From NCBI GenBank assembly GCA_048941015.1, contig JBHLNZ010000030.1, positions 1-38,820 on the forward strand: a DNA stretch of 38,820 nt, written 5' to 3'. Position numbers and translations under genes: made by a program. Each line of letters starts with the position of its first letter. The stretch's first letter is position 1. Positions 28,406 through 37,944 of this stretch are shown here, piece by piece. Origin of the DNA: Promethearchaeota archaeon (GTDB lineage Archaea > Asgardarchaeota > Lokiarchaeia > Sigyniarchaeales > SOKP01). The notes beneath the pieces were generated by a model. The model saw only the letters and a list, made by a program, of their open reading frames with translations. It was not told the DNA's origin and searched no databases.

Positions 28406-29053
28406 TTATTCGATATAACGCTGAATATATTCAGAAACCTTATCTGCAGGCTTAAAAACCCCAAAATGCCCTTCACATAAAATATCCGCCTCTAATTCTA
28501 ATAACATTTTAAGGGAATTTTGATAATCATCATAATTACTAATTCCTGGAATTATAGGTCCGTGTATATCTTGGCCAAATAAGATTTTTGTGTTTTCGAT
28601 TTTTAATAATATTGATAATGATCCTGGTGTATGACCTGGAGAATGAATGCATTGAAAATCAAAAGCCCCAAATTTCAATGTTAATCCCTTTCCTGTAATT
28701 TTTCGTTCTAATTTGATTGGTTTATAACTCACACCATACCAACCCGCAGCTGTTTCTCTGTCATGACCCGATTCTTCAATGGCATCAGCATCTAATTCAT
28801 GCGCATAGAATTTTATTTCCTTATTAAAATTTTTAAGGTCTGAACAAGCTCCAATATGATCAATATGAAAATGTGTTATGATGCAATGATTTATATCTTT
28901 AGGATTTAATCCAATCTTAGAAACTTTTTTTATTAATTCAAGGCTCATCCCACAATCAATTAGAACGAGTCCATCTTTGCTCAGCGTGTCAACTAGAAAA
29001 ACTGAACATCCTGAATCTCCTACATGATAAACATTTTTGAATACTTTTTTCAT
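28406..29053 (-). CDS. Metallo-beta-lactamase-fold hydrolase
   Basis: LIDCG, THFHIDHIG, PGHTPGS, FGQD, LCEGHFG. Confidence 0.92.
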   Translation of the reverse strand: MKKVFKNVYHVGDSGCSVFLVDTLSKDGLVLIDCGMSLELIKKVSKIGLNPKDINHCIITHFHIDHIGACSDLKNFNKEIKFYAHELDADAIEESGHDRETAAGWYGVSYKPIKLERKITGKGLTLKFGAFDFQCIHSPGHTPGSLSILLKIENTKILFGQDIHGPIIPGISNYDDYQNSLKMLLELEADILCEGHFGVFKPADKVSEYIQRYIE

Positions 29054-29078
29054 AATTTCTGCTAATCGAATTGCTTTT

Positions 29079-29873
29079 TTATTCTTGCTTCAAGTAATAT
29101 TTCTTGTAAAGTAAAATAGTTAGTATTATGGCAACAAAAGTTGGAAAAAGAACATCAGAAGCATAATGTGCTCCAACAACTATACGAGACAGTCCAACAA
29201 AAATACCCCAACCAATTATAAGTAGTGTTCCTATTATTCTAATTGGATTCTTCCATTGCCACTTACGTAACGGTATTAATAAAGGAAGGAACATCCATCC
29301 CATTGAAGTATGACCACTTGGAAAACTATGATTTCCAGTGATACCTTGCGGGATAAACCATGGAGTGAAGTCAGTGAAACCTGGAGAGAGATTTCTAAAT
29401 CTAATACGCCCCCAAAATAGCTTTACCAATTGAACAAATAGTAATGGATTAATTAATGCAAGCAAGGATATGATACCAGAAATAGTTCGATAATTACTCC
29501 AATCTTTATTCCACGTTATAATTACATATATAATTATCGGGATTATTAACCCTAATCCCGTTAAAATATCCGTACTATCTCCTGCGAATAAAATGAATAA
29601 GACTCCTACAATAATTGAGATATAAGCCGGGATTTTTTGTAGCTTTAAATTTCTAAAGAAACCCCCTAGAAAGGTAGCTAAGGCAATAGCTATTAATGCA
29701 TAACCTGGAGACTCACCATAATCTGCTCCAAAATTTCCCCAATTTGAATTCTCATCTACAACTGCGATTGAAATATTGAGATCAAATAATCCATCAAATA
29801 ATCCAAATATGATTGCTAAAATAATCCAAACAATAATTATAACAATTAATAGTGTATTTATTTTTTTTAACAT
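29079..29873 (-). CDS. PAP2-family membrane phosphatase
   Basis: K..WGRIRF (C1), SFPSGH (C2), SRIVVGAHYASDV (C3); multiple TMs. Confidence 0.92.
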   Translation of the reverse strand: MLKKINTLLIVIIIVWIILAIIFGLFDGLFDLNISIAVVDENSNWGNFGADYGESPGYALIAIALATFLGGFFRNLKLQKIPAYISIIVGVLFILFAGDSTDILTGLGLIIPIIIYVIITWNKDWSNYRTISGIISLLALINPLLFVQLVKLFWGRIRFRNLSPGFTDFTPWFIPQGITGNHSFPSGHTSMGWMFLPLLIPLRKWQWKNPIRIIGTLLIIGWGIFVGLSRIVVGAHYASDVLFPTFVAIILTILLYKKYYLKQE

Positions 29874-29931
29874 GACCTAGCACCTAATTTTTATTTATAA
29901 CAATAATCTGAGCCTTTCTTATATAAATAAT

Positions 29932-30666
29932 TTATCCTTTAATTTTATCCCTTAAATTAATAACTAAATCAGGATAGTCACTATAAATAGCATTCACACC
30001 TGCTTGTTTATACTTAAGATTTAAAACTCTTTTCATACGTGTCTTAGAATTAACACCCCAAACATAACACTTGAAACCATTATTAATAATTTCCCTAAAG
30101 TTAGAGAATGTAGCTCGCCAAGATATTATGTTAATAGTATCAACTCTTACTTCCTTTAAAAAATCGAAATTTACAGTTTTTTCATTAATTTTTGATATTA
30201 TTTCCGGTAGAGTGTGAACTATTTTTACTTCTTTGTTATATCTTCTTAAATGTAAAATATGGTTAAATCGACGTTCTGTAATTTCAATTTTTTTAAGCAT
30301 ATTTAATCTCTCGGTTAAGTCAATTAGTTTATATCCCGCAAAATTATCTCTTATATCAAAACTAAATCTTAATAAGTGGTTTTGATGTTTAAAATTTTCG
30401 ATTAATTCAATAGCAGTCGGGATTTCGCGATTATCATTAAATTTAAGGGATTTAAGTTCATATAGGGTCAAATTTTTAACGTTATATCTCTTTAAGTTTA
30501 ATTCAATATAATAATCATGAAAACAAATTAATTGATTATCTTTTGTAAGTTGGAGATCAGCTTCGATACCGGCGCCAAATTCTACAGCTTTTTTAAAGCA
30601 TGGCATTGTATTCTCAATACAATATCCCATAGCACCTCTATGTCCAAAAATGTATGGTTCTATCAT
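29932..30666 (-). CDS. Glycerophosphodiester phosphodiesterase (GDPD/GlpQ/UgpQ family)
   Basis: GHRGA..ENT, IEADLQLTKD..CFHD, YVWGVN, GVNAIYSDYPD. ATG at 30666 is more likely than 30744. Confidence 0.9.
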   Translation of the reverse strand: MIEPYIFGHRGAMGYCIENTMPCFKKAVEFGAGIEADLQLTKDNQLICFHDYYIELNLKRYNVKNLTLYELKSLKFNDNREIPTAIELIENFKHQNHLLRFSFDIRDNFAGYKLIDLTERLNMLKKIEITERRFNHILHLRRYNKEVKIVHTLPEIISKINEKTVNFDFLKEVRVDTINIISWRATFSNFREIINNGFKCYVWGVNSKTRMKRVLNLKYKQAGVNAIYSDYPDLVINLRDKIKG

Positions 30667-30768
30667 TAATAACGGTGCGAACTTAAAAATTCTAATATAA
30701 AAAACATAATTTTTATACCAATTTAAATTAAATATATCACCCATAATTTCAATGAGGAATTAATTAAC

Positions 30769-31593
30769 ATGGGAGATAATGAACTCAAAAAGAAAGAAAA
30801 AGGACAATCTTCATCGAATGTAAAAAATTATTTAAAAAACCTATTAGATTTTTCTAATTTCGATAAGAAAACAATTTTGTATATAATTTTATTCATCTTC
30901 TTAATTGGAATCTCTGTCGTATTGCTTTATTATATCTACTTTATCGATGATACATTTCTTTATCGTTTAGTTATTGAATGGTTTGTTAATCCTATTTATC
31001 TATTGGGGATTCTTGGTATTCTATTATTTATAATAATAATGGCTCTTCAAGGACTCTTAGTTCCAATACCCTCAGAAATAGTGTTGTTAGCAACTGGTAT
31101 GATCTGGGGCTTAATCGCAGGTGGGATTATGGGAATAATTGGGTCTATGAGTGCTGCCTTACTATGTTTTTATATTAGCAGAAAAGGGGGTAGACCATTA
31201 GCAAAAAAATTTGTTGGAGAAAATGCAATTGAATTGGCAGATAATTTTATCCGCAAATATGGTATGGGGGCTATTATAATAGCAAGATTTTTACCATTTA
31301 TTGCTTTTGATCCCATCTCTTATGCAAGTGGTCTAGTTGATTTGGATATAAAAAAGTATACCATTGGTTCCTTCATCGGATCTATCCCTAGAGCTTTTTT
31401 TTATTCGTGGCTAGGTTCTGCTCTTGGAATTAAACCACCAATAAATTTTGAAAGTTTGCCCCTTGAAACAATAAAAGCTCAAGCAGCTTTTTTTAACAAT
31501 GTATTATTAATAATTTTAGCAGTTTTAGCAGTTATGTTTATTGTTTATTACATTTTAAGTAAATCCTATGAAAAAAGGAAACTTAAGAATTAA
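30769..31593 (+). CDS. DedA/SNARE-associated (TVP38/TMEM64, VTT domain) membrane protein
   Basis: PIPSEIVLLATG..G, FYISRKGGRP, ARFLPFIAFDPISYASG. Confidence 0.92.
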   Translation: MGDNELKKKEKGQSSSNVKNYLKNLLDFSNFDKKTILYIILFIFLIGISVVLLYYIYFIDDTFLYRLVIEWFVNPIYLLGILGILLFIIIMALQGLLVPIPSEIVLLATGMIWGLIAGGIMGIIGSMSAALLCFYISRKGGRPLAKKFVGENAIELADNFIRKYGMGAIIIARFLPFIAFDPISYASGLVDLDIKKYTIGSFIGSIPRAFFYSWLGSALGIKPPINFESLPLETIKAQAAFFNNVLLIILAVLAVMFIVYYILSKSYEKRKLKN

Positions 31594-31716
31594 AGTATTA
31601 TCTCAATAAAATATTAGAATTTATATTTTCTTTTTTTTACACTATTGTGATTATATCCTATTCATAATATTGTGATATTATTCGCTTTTTTTACTATAAC
31701 TAACTGCTTTTGAAAT

Positions 31717-31887
31717 ATGGATAATAGAGATAGTTTCATAAAAACAGATTTAATTGAAAACGATCAATTAAACATCTCAAAATTCTATAGCGAACTAGAT
31801 AAAGCTATCACATCTAATAACATTCAATCAATATGGGAACTTTCGAAAATTATTACACGATTTCACTCTCAAAAACGTACTAAATAA
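31717..31887 (+). CDS. Possible 56-aa small protein (absent from the supplied ORF track)
   Basis: ATG..TAA ORF MDNRDSFIKTDLIENDQLNISKFYSELDKAITSNNIQSIWELSKIITRFHSQKRTK fills an otherwise empty 480-bp gap. Confidence 0.4.
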   Translation: MDNRDSFIKTDLIENDQLNISKFYSELDKAITSNNIQSIWELSKIITRFHSQKRTK

Positions 31888-32073
31888 TCTATTCTCTATA
31901 CATACGGGGTTTTGTATAAAGAAAATCAGAAACTGAAAATTAAATAATTAACTTGATTTTATTAGACTAGTTTGAATAGTTGAGATTTTTATAATTTTGT
32001 TTTAACTTAATTTTAAATTTATATACTTTATTAGATTAATAAGGGTTTCAAAAAATTTATTAGGTTTTTAAGA

Positions 32074-32325
32074 ATGTTTGTTCACGGGGATTATGAAGAA
32101 ATTTTAGAAAATTGTATGGAACAAGATTTCCAATGGGTAGTTGAAGAATTTAATGTTTTATTCAAGTTTAAAAACCATAAATTTGATGAAAGAGATGTAA
32201 GACTTGCTAATCAATTAATAGATTTCTGTATAGAAAAAGTCTCTCCTTCAGATAATAATCGAATTTTAAATATATTATCAGAAACTTTAAAATATCTCGC
32301 AGGGAATTATCCTGAATTTTTTTAA
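32074..32325 (+). CDS. Small acidic helical hypothetical protein
   Basis: 83-aa ORF with ATG start and protein-like composition. Confidence 0.7.
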   Translation: MFVHGDYEEILENCMEQDFQWVVEEFNVLFKFKNHKFDERDVRLANQLIDFCIEKVSPSDNNRILNILSETLKYLAGNYPEFF

Positions 32326-32462
32326 ATACCATTCTTCTGATTTTTTAAAATTAATAATCCAATAGCATTATTTAATTGAATTTCTTCTTTAAAATTATAT
32401 TAAGAATTATTTAATTAATATCAAAAAATATCTTTAAAATAAAATGTCAAAAGTTTGTAATC

Positions 32463-33542
32463 ATGGAAAGACTAATAATCGTTCATTGGAATAAGAGCAC
32501 TGGTCCCGAACCAATAATTCAATATCCTCCAGAAAAAACCTTTCCCCCAAAGGATTTATTTCTAAAAATTTGGGCTCGACATGAATTAAATAAAGAAGAT
32601 TCTATGATTGAATTAGATCCAAAATCTGAAAATGAGCAATTCAAATATTTTTCAATTATTCAAGAATATGAAAATGAACTTTACTTCTTAGTTTTAAGTT
32701 ATAACAAGGAAACAATGATTGATGTTATATCACCTGATATTTTATCTGTAATTGGTAAGAATTTACTTGAATTGATGAATACAAATAAAATTACAAGAGC
32801 TATATCTGAATCATTTAATACCATTAGAAATTATAGCAAACTTGAAGGGGAAGATTTGATTTTATTTTTTCAGGATAAACTTAAATATACTATTTTACAA
32901 ATTTTAAGAAATGGAGTTATTTCAAAAACAGAATTATCAAATTCATTAAGACGAGATTATGGCTTTTCTACTGTTAATATTGATTTAATATTAGTCTCAT
33001 TTCTTCGTGAAAATCTTATTGTTAAAAAAATTGTTCCTGGAAGTAAAGAATGTTATTTTTTAATAAAGGACCTTATATGTGCAAGAGTTCCCCCTAAGAG
33101 AATACCACAAGAGAATATAGAAGAAAAAGTATTAAAAAAATATAAAAAAGAATTTGTACGATTTTTCTCTAATTATGATCATAGTCAAGAAATTGAACAT
33201 AAAGATATAATCAATTATTTAGTTGATTCTGAAATAAATTCTTTAATAAAAGAACTAAGAAAAAAGGAGTTATCTGTAAATGAATGTTTGAATTTCTTAA
33301 ATAATAAAGAAGAATTATTTGATGAACTTCTCGATAAAAAGTTTATTTTTGAAGCCAAAGGGATTGTTTATCTTTTTTCCGATATAAGATTTATTAAATT
33401 TACTCCTTATTACATTATAAAAAGTTTAATTAATCGGTATAACGACCAGCAGATTTCATTAAATCAATATTTAAGCCATATAGAATTATTAATAGAAAGC
33501 TTAGAAGCCAACCTTAATACTTTTGATTATACTTTAATATGA
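32463..33542 (+). CDS. uDENN/longin-like (NPRL2/C9orf72-type N-terminus) protein with winged-helix-like C-terminal region
   Basis: N-terminal IIVHWNKSTGPEPIIQYPP matches the uDENN/longin hhxx[FW]xxxxGPxhxxxxP pattern. ILQILRNGVISKTELSNSL..IDLILVSFLRENLI and LIKELRK..LSV..ELLDKKFI look like wHTH. Confidence 0.62.
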   Translation: MERLIIVHWNKSTGPEPIIQYPPEKTFPPKDLFLKIWARHELNKEDSMIELDPKSENEQFKYFSIIQEYENELYFLVLSYNKETMIDVISPDILSVIGKNLLELMNTNKITRAISESFNTIRNYSKLEGEDLILFFQDKLKYTILQILRNGVISKTELSNSLRRDYGFSTVNIDLILVSFLRENLIVKKIVPGSKECYFLIKDLICARVPPKRIPQENIEEKVLKKYKKEFVRFFSNYDHSQEIEHKDIINYLVDSEINSLIKELRKKELSVNECLNFLNNKEELFDELLDKKFIFEAKGIVYLFSDIRFIKFTPYYIIKSLINRYNDQQISLNQYLSHIELLIESLEANLNTFDYTLI

Positions 33543-33659
33543 TTTTGTAATATTCCTTTTTCTACTATCAATCTTTTTAATAAAGATTTAAATTTTTCAA
33601 AAGTAACTATATATTCAGTATCATCTAATTAACCCAATAAATATTATTATGTGAATAAA

Positions 33660-34415
33660 ATGGCTCTAACTTTAGTGGATTATTTACAAGGTAGCTTTAG
33701 TCTGATTTTTGTTATTATTTCTCTTATTATAGGTTTTACTATTTTAGCCAAATATAAAAAATTCAAGTCTAGATTGTATCTTCTAGTAGGAATTTCTTGG
33801 ATAGGTGTTGCAAATCCTTGGTTTCCAGACTCAATTAGTTTTCTTATGAATATTTTTATTCAACAATCTTTACCAGTCGAGTTATATTTTATTATTGGTA
33901 ATGTCTTTATACCTTTTGCACTTTTATGCTGGTTAATTGCATATACGGATATGAGAAATAAAAAAAACCAAAAATTCGTAATCTTTTTGACTTTAGTTTT
34001 TAGTTTTGCATTCGAGTTTGTTTTCTTTGCCTTCTTTTTTACAGATATTACATTAATAGGAATCATTAATCCCATAAGACCTTTTACAGTTGAATTTGGT
34101 TTATTTATTACGATTTACTTATTAATTGTGATCGTAATAATGGTAATTTCTGGAATTAAATTTGCAAACGCTTCTGTAAGATCAGATAAACGTGAGATAA
34201 AGTTAAAGGGTAAACTATTACGTGCTGCTTTTATCACATTTACAATAGCTGCGATTTTAGATTCTTTGTTAGGATTAATTTTTGGAGATCCTACAGATCC
34301 TTTATTAGCAATTATGGTTGTAATAACAAGAATCTTGTTAATAATAAGTGCTTTTGAATTTTATGGAGGATTTATTTTACCTCGTTGGATGCATGCAATA
34401 TTTTTAAGAAGTTAA
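33660..34415 (+). CDS. Hypothetical seven-transmembrane protein
   Basis: Seven hydrophobic segments, a basic loop before TM6 (REIKLKGKLLR), C-terminal GFILPRW. ATG at 33660 (GTG at 33651 is the alternative). Confidence 0.72.
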   Translation: MALTLVDYLQGSFSLIFVIISLIIGFTILAKYKKFKSRLYLLVGISWIGVANPWFPDSISFLMNIFIQQSLPVELYFIIGNVFIPFALLCWLIAYTDMRNKKNQKFVIFLTLVFSFAFEFVFFAFFFTDITLIGIINPIRPFTVEFGLFITIYLLIVIVIMVISGIKFANASVRSDKREIKLKGKLLRAAFITFTIAAILDSLLGLIFGDPTDPLLAIMVVITRILLIISAFEFYGGFILPRWMHAIFLRS

Positions 34416-34453
34416 TCTATTTTTTTTTATTATATTAATAAATTAATGAGAAT

Positions 34454-35146
34454 TTACATTGTTAAAATAGAAGTATCTGAAATTTCCCCGTCTGTAGGTG
34501 CTTTTCCATCACCATATATTTGATATAGGGCAGTCCTACGAGCACATTCATGAAAACTTCGATAAATATCTTTTTCATTATCATAAAGGGCACAAGTTTT
34601 ATATATTAAGGGATTCCAAATAGAAAGTTTATTTCCAGGTTCATACCAAAGTTTTTCTCTTTTCAATATATGAATAAAATCTTCTTCATCAATAGTCTCT
34701 TTGAGATCTTGTTTATTCAACAACACTATAAAAGGAATTTTTTTGATAAGCCTATCATTAGAAAGACTCTTTAACTCCATTAAAGATTCAATATTATCTT
34801 CAAAAAAGTGAGTCTGTGAATCGACAACAAAAATTACTGCATCCGTTTCATCATCTTCTCTATTAAAAATTTTAACTCTCAAGGGAGTAAAACTTCTTTG
34901 ACCTGCTACAGTAAAGACGCGATAATAAACCTTTTTCTCTTTTGTAGACTGAAAAATTCCTTGATCAAAGTATAAGGTTGCTCCACTATCTCTTTCTATA
35001 ATCTGTAAGTTACCAATTGGTACAATATCTCGTTTTGTCTCTTTAGTTAATTTATAGAGCGTTTTTAAAATCGTAGTTTTCCCTGAACCACCCATACCCC
35101 AATAGACAATCTTTAAACATACCTTTCCATTCTTATAAAGGACCAT
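34454..35146 (-). CDS. mglA: MglA-family small Ras-like GTPase
   Basis: KIVYWGMGGSGKTT (G1), TLYFD (G2), TVAGQ (MglA-type G3 without Asp), DAVIFVVDSQ, NKQD (G4), TCAL (G5). Confidence 0.85.
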   Translation of the reverse strand: MVLYKNGKVCLKIVYWGMGGSGKTTILKTLYKLTKETKRDIVPIGNLQIIERDSGATLYFDQGIFQSTKEKKVYYRVFTVAGQRSFTPLRVKIFNREDDETDAVIFVVDSQTHFFEDNIESLMELKSLSNDRLIKKIPFIVLLNKQDLKETIDEEDFIHILKREKLWYEPGNKLSIWNPLIYKTCALYDNEKDIYRSFHECARRTALYQIYGDGKAPTDGEISDTSILTM

Positions 35147-35429
35147 GAGTTTTTCGCCTAGAAAACCTTAATTGTGAAGTATTATGTCCCTCTATTTTGT
35201 TGAGACTCAAATAAATTTTTAATCGTAATTTTTAAATTAATACCTTAAATAATAAAAGTTTTGTTTTATCTCTATTTATTTGTTTACCTTTTCAGAATGA
35301 GTATAAAATAATTTGAAAAAGAAATTCCTTTATAAATTATTTTTTGTAACACAATTATTTTTTTACTATGTATTTATCTACTATGTAGATAAAGAAATTT
35401 TCAAGTTAATAACATATCTTTTTTATAAG

Positions 35430-35939
35430 ATGGACGAATATTCTGACTCTGAATGGAATTGGGAATTTTATCGGGAACTTGTTGAGGATGTAGAGGAAAA
35501 TAAGAATATAATTCAATGCATTAATTGCGGTAAATGTGTGGGCGATTGTCCTGCAGCGAAAATTTCAAATTTTAATAGTCGTAAAATCATTCAAAAAGTA
35601 TTACAAGGCGATGAAAGTGTACTAAAGGATTCTGATATATGGCATTGCTACTTATGTGAGAGATGCAAAAGAGTTTGCCCAAAAGAGAATATAAACATTC
35701 CACTTTTAATAATTAACCTAAGAAATGAGAGTTTTAAAAGAGGTTATGGACCCAGATATAATGATTTAAGAAAATATGTTGAAATGTCTGAGAGATTTCT
35801 GACAAAAGGAGTTGTTGTTGAAGAAATCCTTGGCGAGGGACTCCCACAGGAACGAATTAAAGAATTAAATGAAATATGTAACTTTGCACGAATTAAGTAT
35901 GTATTTAAAGCGAGTAAGCTAAGGAAAAAAAAAAATTAA
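35430..35939 (+). CDS. hdrC: Heterodisulfide reductase subunit C-like 2x[4Fe-4S] protein
   Basis: CINCGKCVGDCP and IWHCYLCERCKRVCP. ATG at 35430 is likelier than TTG at 35313. Confidence 0.85.
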   Translation: MDEYSDSEWNWEFYRELVEDVEENKNIIQCINCGKCVGDCPAAKISNFNSRKIIQKVLQGDESVLKDSDIWHCYLCERCKRVCPKENINIPLLIINLRNESFKRGYGPRYNDLRKYVEMSERFLTKGVVVEEILGEGLPQERIKELNEICNFARIKYVFKASKLRKKKN

Positions 35940-35988
35940 TATAGAAAAAAGTTGTAACCAATTAAAATAGTATTAAACTAATGATGGT

Positions 35989-36474
35989 GTGAAAAAAATT
36001 ATTGATAAAAATAAATTATGGATTTTTTCTTTATTTTCCGGAATAATTGCTGTTATAGCTTTATTAACTCCTGCTTGGGGCATATCTGTATCATCCTATT
36101 CTTTTATTGTATGGTTATGGGGATTAGAAATTTCTACTGATTTAGGGATAAGATTTGTTTCAACACAATTTCTTATAATAGGGATTATTAGTTCAATTCT
36201 AATATCCATAAGCGGATTATTATTAATTTTAACATCTTATAAAAATCACAAAAAAAACGCTAGATTTGGTAATTTTTGGATAATTCAAGGTTTAATAATT
36301 ATTATAGCACCAATTATTTATATTGTTGGTCTTGAAATTCAATTTCCTGGGTTTTTCGGCGAATATTTACCAGGGACAGTATTTTTGGGGCCTCTTATTT
36401 CAGGTTTTTTAGCAATCTTAGTAGGAGTTGCGGATAAAAAGTTATTTTTAAAAAAAAATACTAATCAACAATGA
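35989..36474 (+). CDS. Small 4-TM membrane protein
   Basis: Four hydrophobic segments; TPAW..VWLWG loop. Confidence 0.7.
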   Translation: MKKIIDKNKLWIFSLFSGIIAVIALLTPAWGISVSSYSFIVWLWGLEISTDLGIRFVSTQFLIIGIISSILISISGLLLILTSYKNHKKNARFGNFWIIQGLIIIIAPIIYIVGLEIQFPGFFGEYLPGTVFLGPLISGFLAILVGVADKKLFLKKNTNQQ

Positions 36475-36510
36475 ATTAAAGATTATTAAGAAAATTAAAT
36501 TTGGGTTAAT

Positions 36511-37518
36511 ATGGATTTTGCAAATTTAGCTTTAGATTTAGAAGAAATAGAAAATATATATCCAGAAAATCCTTTAGAATATTTTAAAGATAAGAAGTTG
36601 TGCTTATTTAAAGCATGTTTAGAAAAATATTTTCCAGGAGTGCGATGGGGCATTCAGGATCTATTGGAAGAGCTAAATTTAAATGTAACTACATGTCTCA
36701 ATCAATCTTGTTGTAGTGGTACATTTTTCCAAAGAAACTTAATAACAAGAGCTCAATTTGCTGCTATAAATGAAAGAAACATCTGGGAACTTAATAAACA
36801 AACAGATTTAGTTTTATTTAGTTGTAATGGATGTTATAATTCCCTAATGAGGGGTCGAGAATTTTTAAGTAATCAAGATGTAAGAAGAAAAACAGAAGAA
36901 ATATTTGATATTTTAAAACAAAAAAAATCTGATAATTCGGAAAAATATCAAATCTTAGAAAATCCAAAATTAAAATTTATTCATGATCTTGATTTCATCT
37001 ATTTAATTAAAGAAGCTGTTATAAATGCTTTAAAGTTTGATTTGAAAGATCTTAAAGTAGCAATCCATTATGGATGTCATTACTTAAACTTATCAAGAGA
37101 TAAGAAAACCCCAGAGAGTTATGTAAAAGATAAGAACAAATTAGAAGAATTAGTGCAATTATTTGGTGGAAAACCAGTTGATTATCAAGAAAGAGAAAGT
37201 TGTTGCGGTTGGGGAGCGAGTCAATTAGTCATCCATCCGAAAGAAGCTTTAAAAATTACATATAATAAATTAAAAAGTGCTGAGAATGTTGGCGCGGATT
37301 TCATCTTAATGCCATGTCCAACTTGTTTGTATACTTTAAGTAAGCCAGAATATAGAGAAAAGATTCATAAATGGTATGGAGAAAAACTAGACATTCCCTC
37401 AATTCACTTAAATGAATTGATTGCTATTCTTCGAGGATGTGAAGAAGAACGCTGTATTACAATGAGAAGAAAAACACCTCGAATCGAAGAGATATTTGAG
37501 ATTATAACTCAACAATAA
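36511..37518 (+). CDS. hdrB: Heterodisulfide reductase subunit B-like CCG-domain protein
   Basis: KACL, SCCSG, SCNGCYNSL, VAIHYGCHY, CCGWG, PCPTC. Confidence 0.88.
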   Translation: MDFANLALDLEEIENIYPENPLEYFKDKKLCLFKACLEKYFPGVRWGIQDLLEELNLNVTTCLNQSCCSGTFFQRNLITRAQFAAINERNIWELNKQTDLVLFSCNGCYNSLMRGREFLSNQDVRRKTEEIFDILKQKKSDNSEKYQILENPKLKFIHDLDFIYLIKEAVINALKFDLKDLKVAIHYGCHYLNLSRDKKTPESYVKDKNKLEELVQLFGGKPVDYQERESCCGWGASQLVIHPKEALKITYNKLKSAENVGADFILMPCPTCLYTLSKPEYREKIHKWYGEKLDIPSIHLNELIAILRGCEEERCITMRRKTPRIEEIFEIITQQ

Positions 37519-37547
37519 AAATATTAGCTGATAACATTTTTATACAA

Positions 37548-37943
37548 TTACATCTCTTCAATAGCTTTTCTTGGACATGAATCTAAACAAAGTAAACATC
37601 CTATACATTTTTCATATGAGAATTCAAGTCTATCATTTTTATCAAAATGTAATGCATCTGTAGGACATAATGAAATACAGGCTCCACAATCTATACACTT
37701 ATCATCATCTACTATAACTCTTCCTTTCTTATTGACAATAACGTTATGCTTTATTAAAGATTCCGTTATTATGTCCACTTTATCGATAGGAATATCTAAT
37801 AATAAGGTAACACCACTTGAACCCGTTGAAAATTTGAGAATATTAAACGTTATATCGTATCTTAATATTTCATTTATAATTCTAGAATAATCATTAACAT
37901 CTTTTACTACTCCAAAAGGCAATGTACAATTTATTATCGTCAT
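37548..37943 (-). CDS. NIL-domain ferredoxin (MA1822-like partner of aspartate-semialdehyde sulfurtransferase)
   Basis: N-terminal NIL motif (YDITFNILK) plus CIDCGACISLCP and CIGCLLCLDSCP; directly downstream of the DUF39-CBS gene. Confidence 0.88.
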   Translation of the reverse strand: MTIINCTLPFGVVKDVNDYSRIINEILRYDITFNILKFSTGSSGVTLLLDIPIDKVDIITESLIKHNVIVNKKGRVIVDDDKCIDCGACISLCPTDALHFDKNDRLEFSYEKCIGCLLCLDSCPRKAIEEM

Positions 37944-37944
37944 T

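Noticed and set aside
33660-34415. 7TM protein as a rhodopsin or bona fide GPCR
   Set aside because: No retinal-binding Lys motif in TM7 and no DRY/NPxxY motifs; only the TM count is shared.
35925-35970. A11 run at the end of hdrC as a programmed frameshift or phase-variation site
   Set aside because: Shifting frame adds at most about ten residues before another stop and does not fuse hdrC to the next gene; homopolymers are common at this AT content.
35430-37518. hdrBC as evidence of methanogenesis
   Set aside because: Hdr-like proteins are common in non-methanogenic anaerobes; no mcr or mtr genes in the window.
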